DNA of 64,000 nt. It comes from Octopus vulgaris. Its lineage: Eukaryota. The stretch covers positions 44,206,001-44,270,000 of the forward strand of contig OX597825.1 in NCBI GenBank assembly GCA_951406725.2. Direction: 5' to 3'. The translations under genes were made by a program, and so were the position numbers. Under the pieces are notes generated by a model. It saw nothing but the letters and a program-made list of their open reading frames with translations, was not told the origin of the DNA and searched no databases. Within the stretch, counting starts at the first letter, position 1, and every line of letters starts with the position of its first letter. Positions 40,567 to 52,149 of the stretch are shown one piece after another.

Positions 40567-41420
40567 TTATTCATTCAAACTTTAGTGAAATCATATATGA
40601 AGTAACATTGATAAAAAATGTTTTTGTGAAATAGCGGAAGGGAAAAGATTATATTTAATCTAGTCCTGAAGGAATATTCGAGTAAATAGTTCAAATGCAT
40701 GAAAGATCACATGATCAGAAAGTCGTAGGATTGCAATTTAAAAACTTGATAGATTGTGAACGCATTTAATATAGTTGAAGTCATATACTAAGTTCGTATA
40801 GAATAGTATGGGGGTGAGGCGAGAAACCAACAACTATTAGATGCCATAGGTAGGCTGCTTTGTGATAAGATCTTATGATTAAGGTATAAAGGGACAACTA
40901 GTATATGATGTGGGAGAGGACGGCAATAGTTTCTGTTTGGTGACCCTATTTGTGACTGCTGACGTAGGTAAAATATAAAATAATGTAAGATAAAATAGTT
41001 TTAAGATTATCCCTCAACAACATAGTCCTAAGAAACTCCTATAAATCACAAGTATGCAATACCTGAGTGTGTATTCACGTTAGAATTAACACACACACAT
41101 ACATAAATTGTACTTACACACACAATTCTACATAATATTTTTGAGCATCCCGCGCTGAGTGTTGAGCATGCACCTGCACCTACATGCGAAAGCCTGCGCA
41201 AGGATTCTTGTGTAAGACGAGCTATTGCCTCTACCTACCCACAATTACTGTTCAGAAATAAAACTTCCTAGAAAGATCGATATAGCATGTCTTCAGTAAT
41301 GTTACGGATGTTACCGTTAGAACACGAAGACTTAGTACGGATTCCGCTAGGAATCTCATTTGATTTCTAATGGAGCTGTTAACATTTTTATCGATTCCGA
41401 AAGGATGGATGTCAGTACAG

Positions 41421-41482
<62 letters not shown>

Positions 41483-41491
41483 ATATATATA

Positions 41492-44261
41492 TGATTTTGA
41501 TTTTGATTTTGATTTTTCCAGTTTCAGCTTATGAGCTGTGGCCATGCTGGGGCACCGCCATTTGGTGTTGCTACTTGGTTTCACTTCATGAAGGTTTCTA
41601 GCAACTGCTATTTGGTGCATGAGAGAGTTCGATGCAGCTGCCCTCATCTGCCCCTCCTGCCGTCAAGTTGGTTCATCTGGGACACCTGACAGGAAGAGAT
41701 CCAGCTTCATTTTAAAGACATCTGTATCCACCCCATGCAGGTCTCTCAGGTTCTTCGGGAGGATATTGAAGAGCTGTGGGCCTCGGAAGCCCAGGCTATC
41801 ACATAATCTTGTCCTACATCTTGATGGCAAGTTTGGAGTCCTAGGCACCACGCAGTGGCGCCCAGTTCTGGCATTTGCGTAACTCTCGATGCCAAAGTTC
41901 AGGACACTTCCCTCCAGGATCTTCCAGATGTATATTATGGCATATCTTTCCCGCCTACGCTCCAGGGAATATAATTTTAATTTCCTGAGCCTTTCCCAGT
42001 AGTTTACATTCTGCATAGAGGCTATCTTCTTCGTGTAGCTACGTTGGCTCGCCTCGAGCTCTGTGATCAACTTGACACTGGATGGTGACCATAACTGAGA
42101 GCAATAGTCAAAGTGGCTTAGGACAAGTGTCCTCCAGAGGACCATCATGGTTTCTTGTTCTCTTGTTCTAAAGGTTCTAAGGATCCATCCGGCCAGTCGT
42201 CTACATTTCAGTGCCAATTTAGCAACATGTACACGAAAGGTCGCGTCATCACTCATGTAAATACCTAGGTCACGCACTGATTGTGCCTCTGGGATTGCTA
42301 TTCCTCCGGGTCCAGTGTATTCATTGGGTATTGCATTTAGTTTTGCATGCTGATAGTATAGAGCTTGAAACTTTTCAGCATTGAACTGCATGCTATTCTT
42401 TTCGGCCCACTTGTATATTTTGTCTAGCTCACATTGCAGGTGTTTAGTGTCCTCAGGGTTCTGTATTGCCTGTGAAACTTTTGTATCATCTGCATAACTT
42501 GTGATCGTGGCTCTCTGCGTGGCTGAGGGCATGTCTGAGAGGGCCATTATGAACAGTAGTGGTCCCAGAACAGTGCCCTGCGGAACACCGCTCACTATTT
42601 GCGTGTTAATGGAAGTGGCCCCATTGGCCACTACCACCTGACTTCTATCTTTCAGAAAGTCATGAAGCCATTCTCCCAGTTTTCCAACTATGTTGAGATC
42701 ACGCAGTTTGTGACATATCATTCCATGATCGACTTTATCAAAGGCCTTTGCAAAGTCGAGATATATCACTTCCACATTTGAGTGGTTGAGCAGCCGTTTT
42801 AGCACCCAGTCATAGTGTTGTAGGAGCTGAGTTAAACAGCTTCTCCCTGGTCGGAAACCATGTTGGGTGTCGGGCAGCAAGTCATTTTCTTCAAGGAAGG
42901 TGATCAGCTTCCTTCTGACTATTCGTTCCATGACCTTGCTGATGTGTGAGGTCAGAGAGATAGGTCTATAGTTCTTGGCTTCCGCTCTGCTACCTCCTTT
43001 ATGAATGGGGCATATTTTACCTTCATTCAGTTTTCTTGGAAGTTTGCCAGCTGCAAGGAAGCTCTGAAAGAGTAACTGCAGTGGTCTTGCTAGGACTCTC
43101 TTACATGCTTTTAGGAGGATTGCCGGGAATCCATCGGGGCCAGTAGCTGAGTCTGTTTTCATTTCATCTATAGCCTTGATTACATCGTCTTCCTTTATAT
43201 CGATGTAATCTATCGTCGCCGCCTCTGATTTTATATCTGCAGTGGTAAAAAAGTCAGTTGGATTGGTGATTTGGAGATGCCCAAGAAGTGGAGTGAAAAC
43301 ACTCTTGAATTGCTCATTCAGTATCTCACTTACCCTCATTGGTTTTCCTGTAAGTGTGCCGTCCTCTTCGAGGAGTGGCCCTATTCTACAGTGCACCGTA
43401 GCTGTTTCTTTGGCATACCTGTAGAAAGCTCTGGAGTTAGATTTTATGTTGTCTATAGCCCAGGCTTCTTTGTCTGCTCTTTCCTTTTCATGGGAGAGTT
43501 TCAGACATTTTTCGATTTCCAACAGTTTTATTTTTAGGCGGGACTTTTCACTGCTTTCAATCTGTTTGTTTAGGCGATTTGAAAATTTTGGACGCCGTCT
43601 CATTAGAATTTTCCTCTCTCTGGGGATTTTGTTCGTGTGTACAGTGGCCTTTCTCTCTGGGACATATTTGTAGCATATGGCTTGCATTACAGACATGAAT
43701 TGTTGAAGTTTCACGTCGATGTCTGGCGAGGAGAGACATTTAGGCCAGTTTTGTTTGAGGATCTCTTTCTCAATTTGTTTCCAGTTTGCCTTATGGTAGT
43801 TCAAGCTGGAAAGATTCTGGGGGTTTCTTGTAGGCTGCATGTCCGTGCTCTCTTTTGGCCCGTACATGGTCAGCTCTATCATGTTGTGATCCGAGAGTAG
43901 TGTCGGTGTCACTTTCACATTATGGATGAGATCCATGTCATTTGTGAAGCAGAGATCCAGTGTGTTACCTGCCCTGGTTGGTTGGAGTATTACCTGCTCC
44001 ATGTACAGGGTGTTGATGAGGTTCAGGAGGGACCTCGCCTGTCCTCGTTCACATCTTGTCATTCCTGAGAGAGAAAGGCCCTCGGGCCATCTGACATTTG
44101 GCAGATTGAAGTCTCCCATAAGAAGTACACTTATGTGTTGTTCTAATGTGGTTAGAACTTCTTCTATTTTTATAAGGCAGTCTTCAAACTTGCCCACATG
44201 GCTTGGGGCATCTGGAGGGCGATATGTAGCACACACAACTACATCAAGTTGCCTAATATGT

Positions 44262-44265
<4 letters not shown>
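41492..44265 (-). mobile_element. 5'-truncated CR1-group LINE inserted in a microsatellite
   Basis: APE + RT ORF, 3' stem-loop tail ggcggtgccccagcatggccacag and (AAAATC)n end; flanked by (TCTA)n/(TA)n. Confidence 0.95.
41663..44265 (-). CDS. LINE ORF2: partial APE endonuclease plus reverse transcriptase (~865 aa open)
   Basis: YRPP, MGDFN, LDLCFTN, SDHN; GPDG, YRPISLTS, QHGFRPGRSC, YLDFAKAFDKV, GVPQGTVLGPLLF, YADDTK. The ORF track's N-terminal ~27 aa is microsatellite read-through. Confidence 0.93.
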
Positions 44266-44299
<34 letters not shown>

Positions 44300-44731
44300 T
44301 ATAATAATAATAATAATGACAATAATAATATTAGGGAGTAAATCCAAACTTACAGGGTAAAAATTAGATTTAGAATTAAATCTAATTTTACAGTATAAAT
44401 ATATATATTAAATTAGAGATAAAACGACTATTAGGCAAATCAAACAGTGAAAAACATAAACCAAAACATAGAAATAAAATTAGTTAATATAATATACAAA
44501 AAATATATAATTTGAAGTTAAAATTTAAAAAAAAATTTTAATTATTAATTTATACTTATAAATTTATATATATGGATATATAATTCGTAAATAAGAGCAA
44601 TCGAAAAAATTTCTAATGCCAAATAAGCCGAAAAATTGGACATATTGTCCATTAACCATATAATTTTTTCACAATACGCACGCTACTCAGAAAAAGGTCG
44701 ACAGAAATTTCTAAAAAAATTCCATTATTAC

Positions 44732-44788
44732 CATATCGGACCGATTTCAGGATTAGCTTATAACAGCCCTCCCTTCTTCAGTGATACA
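44732..44788 (-). ncRNA. Type I hammerhead ribozyme (left-arm copy)
   Basis: Reverse complement of 45364-45420 with few substitutions. Confidence 0.8.
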
Positions 44789-45363
44789 TGTGGCAAAAGA
44801 AATAAATGAGAAACTTACTCATACCCATGGAAGAAGCAAACACTAAGTCATGAGTACAATTAAGTACCCCAAATACATCCAAAATAGAAATACTCCAGCC
44901 TATTCGAGACACGTGCGATTTGAACTGAGGCTCTCACAGAGTGAAAGAGTCCGGAAGTGAACGCTTAAATTTATATCAAATGTAGGATAAAATATTTTTC
45001 GAAAAAAATCCTTTTAGAAAAAAATTTTATCAATGGCCAGCATATTAAAAAATACCTTTAAAGGTTAAATTTATAAACAATTGCCCTTATTTACGAATTG
45101 TTTATAAATTTAACCTTTAAAGGTATTTTTTAATATGCTGGCCATTGATAAAATTTTTTTCTAAAAGGATTTTTTTCGAAAAATATTTTATCCTACATTT
45201 GATATAAATTTAAGCGTTCACTTCCGGACTCTTTCACTCTGTGAGAGCCTCAGTTCAAATCGCACGTGTCTCGAATGGGCTGGAGTATTTCTATTTTGGA
45301 TGTATTTGGGGTACTTAATTGTGCTCATGACTTAGAAGTTTCTCATTTATTTCTTTTGCCACA

Positions 45364-45420
45364 TGTATCACTGAAGAAGGGAAGGCTGTTATAAGCTAAC
45401 CCTGAAATCGGTCCGATATG
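45364..45420 (+). ncRNA. Type I hammerhead ribozyme, canonical core
   Basis: tgtatca-CTGAAGA-aggg...ccct-GAA-ATCGGT-C-cgatatg; GUC site. Confidence 0.85.
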
Positions 45421-45714
45421 GTAATAATGGAATCTTTTAGAAATTTCTGTCGACCTTTTTTTTTAGTAGCGTGCGTATTGTGAAACAATTATATGGTTAA
45501 TGGACAATATGTCCAATTTTTCGGCATATTTGGCATTAGAAATTTTTTCGATTGCCCTTATTTACGAATTGTTTATAAATTTAACCTTTAATGGTATTTT
45601 TTAAAATTTTTTCGAAAATAATTTTTTCGAAAAATATTTTATCCTACATTTGGTATATATATATATATATTTGGTATATATATATATTTATTATTTTTAT
45701 TTTTATTATTATTT

Positions 45715-45780
45715 CAGCGGTGGTGCCCTAGCATGGCCGCGGCCTTCGGGCTAAAACATTTTAAAGGATTTTAAGGATTT
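45715..45780 (+). mobile_element. Very short CR1/SINE-B-type 3' tail insertion
   Basis: ggtggtgccctagcatggccgcggccttcgggctaaaac followed by attttaaagg-like repeats. Confidence 0.6.
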
Positions 45781-45885
45781 ATTATTTCATATTTTTATTT
45801 TTATTTTTTTATTTTTTTATATTTTTTTTTTTAATATATAACTATCAAAAAGTATTAAAAAGTTTAATATAAGATAAAAAGTAAA

Positions 45886-45983
45886 ACCACTACGATCGTT
45901 TCATGCCCATAACCTAATTCGAATAACAATAATTTAAATTCAATTAATAATTTGAATTATGGTTATAGTCCATCTTCAGGTTA
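45886..45983 (-). ncRNA. Type I hammerhead ribozyme with long stem II
   Basis: Minus strand: aac-CTGAAGA-tggactataacc...ggttatgggcat-GAA-ACGATCGT-A-gtggtt. Confidence 0.8.
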
Positions 45984-47165
45984 ATGATAATATTTAAATA
46001 AATAATCAAATATATTTAAACAATTTTTTAAAAATAAATAAATAAATAATAATTTTTCTTATAAGAAACTCTATTATCAAAGTAGAAACTTTAACGATTA
46101 TGATTATGTCATAACAATCGATTATAATGTTAAATATTAATTTTTAAGTAATAATTTTTAAGGTAAGAATAGATAGAAAATGTATTTATTCAGATATAAT
46201 ATGGTTTTAAAAAAACATAATAAACCCACAAATAATCAAATTTCAGTTATAGTCAATATCTAATTACCTAAATATTTAACAAAAAACACTATTCATATTA
46301 TTAAATTTAATTTCAAGTCAAATAATTATATAATACTTGAATAATAACTGAATTATCAATGAATATATATAAATGTATACAAACATAAGAATTAAAATCT
46401 AAAATTATCTCTATCAATAAATATATATGCACGTATAATAAATTAATTATTCATTATTACTTATAAATATATTAAAAAATTGAAGATGAAAAAGCTAATT
46501 GTAAACAAACAAACTATCTTAAAAGAACGCTATAACTAATTAACGATCCATATATCTCGTTGGCTAAATAATAACTTACAAAAACCGTATAGTTAAGAAT
46601 TAAAAGGAAATAAAAAATACTTAATGAAATAATCAATCCGTAGTTATATAGTGAAATAATCAATCCGTAGTTATATAGTATCCAATATATGCTACGAATA
46701 TATCTATCAATGGAAAAAATGCTATTACTAATTATCCACTGAAGAAATCAATATATATGTTATAATAGCAATTATAAAATATTTAAAATAGCTCTCAACA
46801 AATATAGTTATTAAAGACTAAAATTTATGCTATCAATACATGTCTATACATGAAACCTAACTTTAAAAAACTCGTATAACTGTTAACGATCTATATATCT
46901 CTTTGGCTAAGTAAAGTCTTACGAATAAACGTAGAGTTAAAATCTAATAATTATATAAAAAAAACTATGATAACCAAATCATTACATAACAATCAGTATT
47001 TATATAAATACAAAATTATACAATAATACATATTAAAATATTTAAATTTTAAAAATTTAAAAATCTTAAATATAAATATATACTTAGCTTTGCAAGGTTT
47101 AACTAATTTATAACAGAAATATAACAAAATATAAACTTAACTCTAGTATAAGATAAGTATATATA

Positions 47166-47578
47166 CAGGAGCGGCTGTGTGGTAAGTAGCTTGTTTACCA
47201 ACCACATGGTTCCGGATTCAGTCCTACTGCGTGGCACCTTGGGCAAGTGTCTTCTACTATAGCCTCGGGTCGACCAAATCCTTGTGAGTGGATTTGGAAG
47301 ACGGAAACTGAAAGAAGCCCGTCGTATATATGTATATATATATATATATGCGTGTGTGTGTTTGTGTGCCTGTGTTTGTCCCCCTAGCATTGCTTCACAA
47401 CCGATGCTGGTGTGTTTATGTCCCCGTTACTTAGCAGTTCGGCAAAAGAGACCGATAGAATAAGTACTAGGCTTACAAAAGAATAAGTCCCGGGGTCGAT
47501 TTGCTCGATTAAAGGCGGTGCACCAGCATGGCCGCGGTCAAATGACTGAAAGAAGTAAAAGAGTAAAAGAGAGTAAGA
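47166..47578 (+). mobile_element. SINE family B, near full length
   Basis: caggagcggctgtgtggtaag...gcaccttgggcaagtg...ggcggtgcaccagcatggccgcggtcaaatgactgaa and (gtaaaaga)n tail. Confidence 0.92.
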
Positions 47579-48275
47579 GTATATATATATATTATATATC
47601 ATATTATTAATATTCAAAATAAATACTAATCAATTGATTATTTCATTAAGAAATTTTTTATTTCAATTTAATTCTTAACTATACGGTTTTTGTAAGTTAT
47701 TAATTAGCCAACGAGATATATGGATCGTTAATTAGTTATAGTGTTCTTTTAAGATAGTTTGTTTGTTTACAATTAGCTTTTTCATCTTCAATTTTTTAAT
47801 ATATTTATAAGTAATAATGAATAATTAATTTATTATACGTGCATATATATTTATTGATAGAGATAATTTTAGATCTTAATTCTTATGTTTGTATACATTT
47901 ATATATATTCATTGATAATTCAGTTATTATTCAATTATTATATAATTATTTGACTTGAAATTAAATTTAATAATATGAATAGTGTTTTTTTTTGTTAAAT
48001 ATTTAGGTAATTAGATATTGACTATAACTGAGATTTGATTATTTGTGGGTTAATTATGTTTTTTTAAAGCCATATTATATCTGAATAAATACATTTTCTA
48101 TCTATTCTTACCTTAAAAATTAATATTTAACACTATAATCGATTGTATGACATAATCATAATCGTTAAAGTTTCCAGTTTGATAATAGAGTTTCTTATAA
48201 GAAAAATTATTATTTACTTATTTCTTTAAAACATGTTGTTTAAATATATTTGATTATTTATTTAAATATTATCAT

Positions 48276-48374
48276 TAACCTGAAGATTGACTATAACCAT
48301 AATTTGAATTATTAATTGAATTTAAATTATTGTTATTCGAATTAGGTTATGGGCATGAAACGATCGTAGTGGTT
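48276..48374 (+). ncRNA. Type I hammerhead ribozyme (right-arm copy)
   Basis: CTGAAGA at 48280-48286; GAAACGATCGTA at 48357-48368. Confidence 0.8.
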
Positions 48375-48418
48375 TTACTTTTTATCTTATATTAAACTTT
48401 TTAATACTTTTGATAGTT

Positions 48419-48720
48419 ATAGCCTGTACTTCAGAGGCCCACAACTCTTCAGTATCCTCCCGAAGAACCTGAGGGACCTGCATGGGGTGGATGCGGAGGT
48501 CTTTAAAGTAGGACTGGATCTCTTCCTGTCAGGTGTCCAGGATGAACCAACTTCACGGCAGGAGGTGCAGATGAGGGCAGCTGCATCAAACTCTCTCATG
48601 CACCAAATGGCAGTTGCTAAAAAGCATTCGTGAGGTAAAATCATGTAGCAACACCAAATGGTGGTGCCCCAGCATGGCCACAGCTCAAGAGCTGAAACTG
48701 GAAAACATAAACCAACATAA
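48419..48720 (+). mobile_element. CR1-group LINE 3' fragment (same family as 41492-44265)
   Basis: SLYFRGPQLFSILPKNLRDLHGVD...QDEPTSRQEVQMRAAASNSL; same tail ggtgccccagcatggccacagctc..gctgaaactgg. Confidence 0.92.
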
Positions 48721-48722
48721 AT

Positions 48723-48803
<81 letters not shown>

Positions 48804-49067
48804 TTATAAGTTAATAATAAAAAATTTTTTTTTTAAATTTTAACTTTAAATTTAAATAATTTAAATTTTGAATTTTATATTTTATATATTTTTTGTATAT
48901 TATATTAATTAATTTTATTTCTATGTTTTGGTTTATGTTTTTCACTGTTTGATTTGCCTAATAGTGGTTTTATCTCTAATTTTATATATATATATATATT
49001 TATCTACATGTCTGCCTGGCTGGCTGTCTGTCTGTTTGGCTGTATATATAAATATATATATATATAT

Positions 49068-49368
49068 AGTTATCGCCAAGCTAACATGACAGTCCAAGAA
49101 AATAGGACGAATGCTGCTCTTCATTAGCTACAAGAGGCCATCACCTCTAGCTAGCTATGTGACACACGAACCTGTGTCCATTATAACCTTCGAACAGGGG
49201 AGGTCAACAGCTTCCCCTTGATGGTTTGGCACCTACAGACTAGTTTCGGGGTAGTTGCCCCTTATCAATGTAGAGTAGCCAAACCCAGCAGGTGTCGCTG
49301 TTAGCTTGGTGATAACAATTAATATCCATTACCGCTGCTGCAGTCTCCTTTAGAGAGATTTAGAAATA

Positions 49369-49375
<7 letters not shown>
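49068..49375 (-). mobile_element. HHR element family 1, second locus
   Basis: Homologous to 4682-5427; short inversion gttatcgccaagctaaca / tgttagcttggtgataac; (TA)n flanks. Confidence 0.8.
49233..49273 (-). ncRNA. Minimal hammerhead ribozyme, intact, U3-A8 core
   Basis: Minus strand: ctaca-TTGATAA-gggg caacta cccc-GAA-ACTAGT-C-tgtag; all helices perfect, GUC site. Confidence 0.88.
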
Positions 49376-49404
<29 letters not shown>

Positions 49405-49407
<3 letters not shown>

Positions 49408-49830
49408 TCAAGTAGTTAGCGTGAAGATTTTATCCTATTTTTAAATTATAAATTTCACCGGCGTATATTCAATACTGAATTTTTATTCCAAACAAGCACG
49501 TTGTTACCGAAATGGAATTCGAAAAAGCCCGCCGTTTACATAGATGTATAAGGGGTGAACAGTTCTATATGCTACGGTGGATACGATGGTTGTTCGTCTG
49601 GTATGTTGATTTTGTCCATTCATTATAAATCTTGAATCATGCTGGCACCGATGAGTAAAGGACGCAAATACTGCGTTAATTACGAAATCACTGGTGATCT
49701 GCAGCTATATTCTGTTTTTAAATGACTTGCTTCGAGACTTGCATTCGGTACGATATGTTTATTTTGATAATTTTGACTTTAAGAGCCCCTCCTAGCGTGC
49801 GGCATTTATGTGTTATATATATTATGTGTT
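49405..49830 (+). mobile_element. HHR element family 5
   Basis: (TA)n-flanked; starts with a short inverted piece atcaagtagttagcgtgaa; HHR at 49641-49705; homologous to 62580-62955. Confidence 0.8.
49641..49705 (+). ncRNA. Type I hammerhead ribozyme (U4C core)
   Basis: gctggca-CCGATGA-gtaa...ttac-GAA-ATCACTGGTGAT-C-tgcagc; AUC site. Confidence 0.78.
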
Positions 49831-49841
49831 ATATATATAAA

Positions 49842-49871
<30 letters not shown>

Positions 49872-49873
<2 letters not shown>

Positions 49874-50686
49874 CCGGAGTAAACACATAAATGTGAAACA
49901 AGGTGGAAAAAGAGTACTCAAATACCAGTAGTAGAGTAATATGCTTTATTTAAGCAGAGAAATTCAACAAAATCTGTACTCTGAGTTCTCGTTGCCGTTC
50001 ATCAGACAGTTTTGCTAGAATGGAACATATATATTAATTCAATCTATACTTACAAACGCTACACCTTTAAAGAATGGACTTGTTTGATTGCTTTAGAAAA
50101 ACGGTCATTTCGAGCGATAAACAAAAAGGTCAAAATATATGTATATATATATAAAATTATAAAATTATAAAATCCGAGGAAAATACCGAGAAAACCTGTT
50201 GCCGTTAATGAAGACAGTACAAATTAATGCATAGAAATTAAACCTGTTACAAATACTGCAATACATATTTATATTAAAATCCACATATATATATCAACAT
50301 ACATATTTCTGCAATACGCGCATCCTTTTGTGTATGTTGATATATATATGTGGATTTTAATATAAATATGTATTGCGTATTTGTAACAGGTTTAATTTCT
50401 ATGCATTAATTTGTACTGTCTTCATTAACGGCACTTTTTCCTCTATTTTCCTCGGATTTTATAATTTTTATAAGTTTTTATATATATATACATATTTTTG
50501 ACCTTTTTGTTTATCGTCGAAATTGACCGTTTTTCTAGGGCAATCAACAAGTCCATTTCTTTAAAGGTGTAGCTTTGTAAGAGTATAGATTGAATTAATA
50601 TATATGTTCCATTCTAGCAAAAACTGTTGATGAACGCAACGAGAAACTAGATAACAGATTTTGTTGAATTTTCTGCCTTAAATAAA

Positions 50687-50687
<1 letters not shown>
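49872..50687. mobile_element. Fold-back HHR element, family 6
   Basis: Inverted arms ~49944-50303/50331-50687; HHR-like motifs at 49974-50009(-) (ctgt-CTGATGA-acggcaacga-GAA..ctcagagt-a-cag) and 50624-50657(+). Confidence 0.8.
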
Positions 50688-50762
<75 letters not shown>

Positions 50763-50827
50763 TATATATATAACACATAATATATATAACACATAAATGC
50801 CGCACGCTAGGAGGGGCTCTTAAAGTC

Positions 50828-50867
<40 letters not shown>

Positions 50868-50891
50868 TACATACATACATACATACATACA

Positions 50892-50923
<32 letters not shown>

Positions 50924-51166
50924 AACACACATTCACATATATAGTAAATAACTGATGCAAATTCAATTATATATAAAGTAAATTACTGGATATACCCCAG
51001 AGTTAATTTCTGGGTGGAAAATAATCTCTGCTGCTACACCAGTAATTTACCTCACAGAACTAACGGTCGAAAATATGTCAAAATATGTCAAAAATATACA
51101 AATCAATACACCTAATTTAGATATAGGTGTAATAAGTGTCTTTAAATACAATTTCGCTGTGGTGGT

Positions 51167-51221
51167 TAAAGTGGTGATGAGAGTATACTAACACTTGAAA
51201 CGACACTCCAGTCGTCCCTTA
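51167..51221 (+). ncRNA. Hammerhead ribozyme motif with C3G substitution
   Basis: aagtg-GTGATGA-gagt atactaac actt-GAA-ACGAC actcca GTCGT-C-cctt; lies in a (TA)n-flanked segment at 50940-51315. Confidence 0.65.
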
Positions 51222-51478
51222 CTGTGAATTTGCATTAACACTGACAGACGTTTACGACTGTTTCTAACAAAGCTAATTAATTTATAGCTACTGCAGTGAT
51301 GGGTAGGATACATCCATTATATATATATATGTATGTATGTATATGTATGCATATATGTATATATATATTAGAAGAAATGAGGTAATCAGAAGATCGGATG
51401 GTTCATATTTACAGATATTTATTTATATATTACAATTTTTACATATATATATCATATCATTCAGATCATATCATTCAG

Positions 51479-51522
51479 ATCATTAGCGCTTTCTCCCATT
51501 CTAGTGGGGTTTTCAAATCAAA
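51479..51522 (-). ncRNA. Hammerhead ribozyme motif, U3-A8 core, in the PLE 3' region
   Basis: Minus strand: gat-TTGAAAA-cccca ctagaa tggga-GAA-AGCGCT-A-atgat; palindromic stem III, CUA site, weak stem I. Confidence 0.65.
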
Positions 51523-51971
51523 ATAATTCCTTTGTGTGGAATTTTAATCATTTTATAGAGTTTCATAGTGGTGGGGAGGAACAAGCCAGCACAAGAGGGT
51601 GAAGTGGATGAGGAGGAAATGAGAGAGAGAACATGTGTGTATGTGTATGAGTGTGTGTGTGTGTGTGTGTGTGAGTGCGTTTGTATCTGAGGCTAAAGAG
51701 AAAGAGGGGAAGGGAGAGGGAAGAAGAAGAAGGATTTCCTTTGGCCTGCTGGACCCCCAAGGGAGTTCTAAGAATTTTAGCTTTTGTCTATTCTAGTGTC
51801 ACTGAGTGTGTGTTGGTGGGTAGGCAGGCCATAAATTACACCTTTTATGATTTTGAGGATGGTCAAATGCCATTTGGGGTCTAAGAACTCTTCTACTTTG
51901 TATGATTGTTTTGTGGAGGTGTATGTGTGTGTCTCTGTGTGTCCGTGTGTGTTTGTGTGTGTATGTGTGCG

Positions 51972-52003
<32 letters not shown>

Positions 52004-52149
52004 CGTGTGTGTGTCTCTGTGTGTTTGGAGAAGGGGAGAGAGACAAAAAGAGAAAAGGGAAAATAAAAATAAAAATAAAAATAAGGGAGGAAGAGGAGAA
52101 GAAAAAAAATTTTGTGTGTTGATATTTATACCGCTACATATATATACAC

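Larger units (their letters stand above)
44582..45655. mobile_element. Fold-back plus 1.2-mer HHR element, family 3
   Basis: Inverted arms 44582-45082/45096-45570; attgcccttatttacgaattgtttataaatttaaccttta is repeated at 45080 and 45551 (471-bp period). Confidence 0.88.
44330..48990. mobile_element. Large AT-rich fold-back HHR element, family 4, with nested insertions
   Basis: Inverted arms 44395-44575 + 45838-46637 versus 47633-48421 + 48800-48985; HHRs at 45886-45983(-) and 48276-48374(+); the copy at 11098-11310 shows the two arm segments are contiguous. Confidence 0.8.

Noticed and set aside
41151-41198. HHR-like gcg-ctga(gtgt)tga-gcatg...catgc-gaaa-gcctg-cgc
   Set aside because: 4-nt insertion in the core, too-short stem III and a non-cleavable CUG site; may be chance or a dead copy.
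44266-44347. N-terminus of the 894-aa ORF (MDLLPNIIIV...YIYI)
   Set aside because: Read-through into flanking microsatellite; the LINE is 5'-truncated at ~44265.
42599-44360. Plus-strand ORFs overlapping the LINE (and similar antisense ORFs at 52913-54005 and 63232-63945)
   Set aside because: Antisense shadows of retroelement ORFs with no independent motifs.
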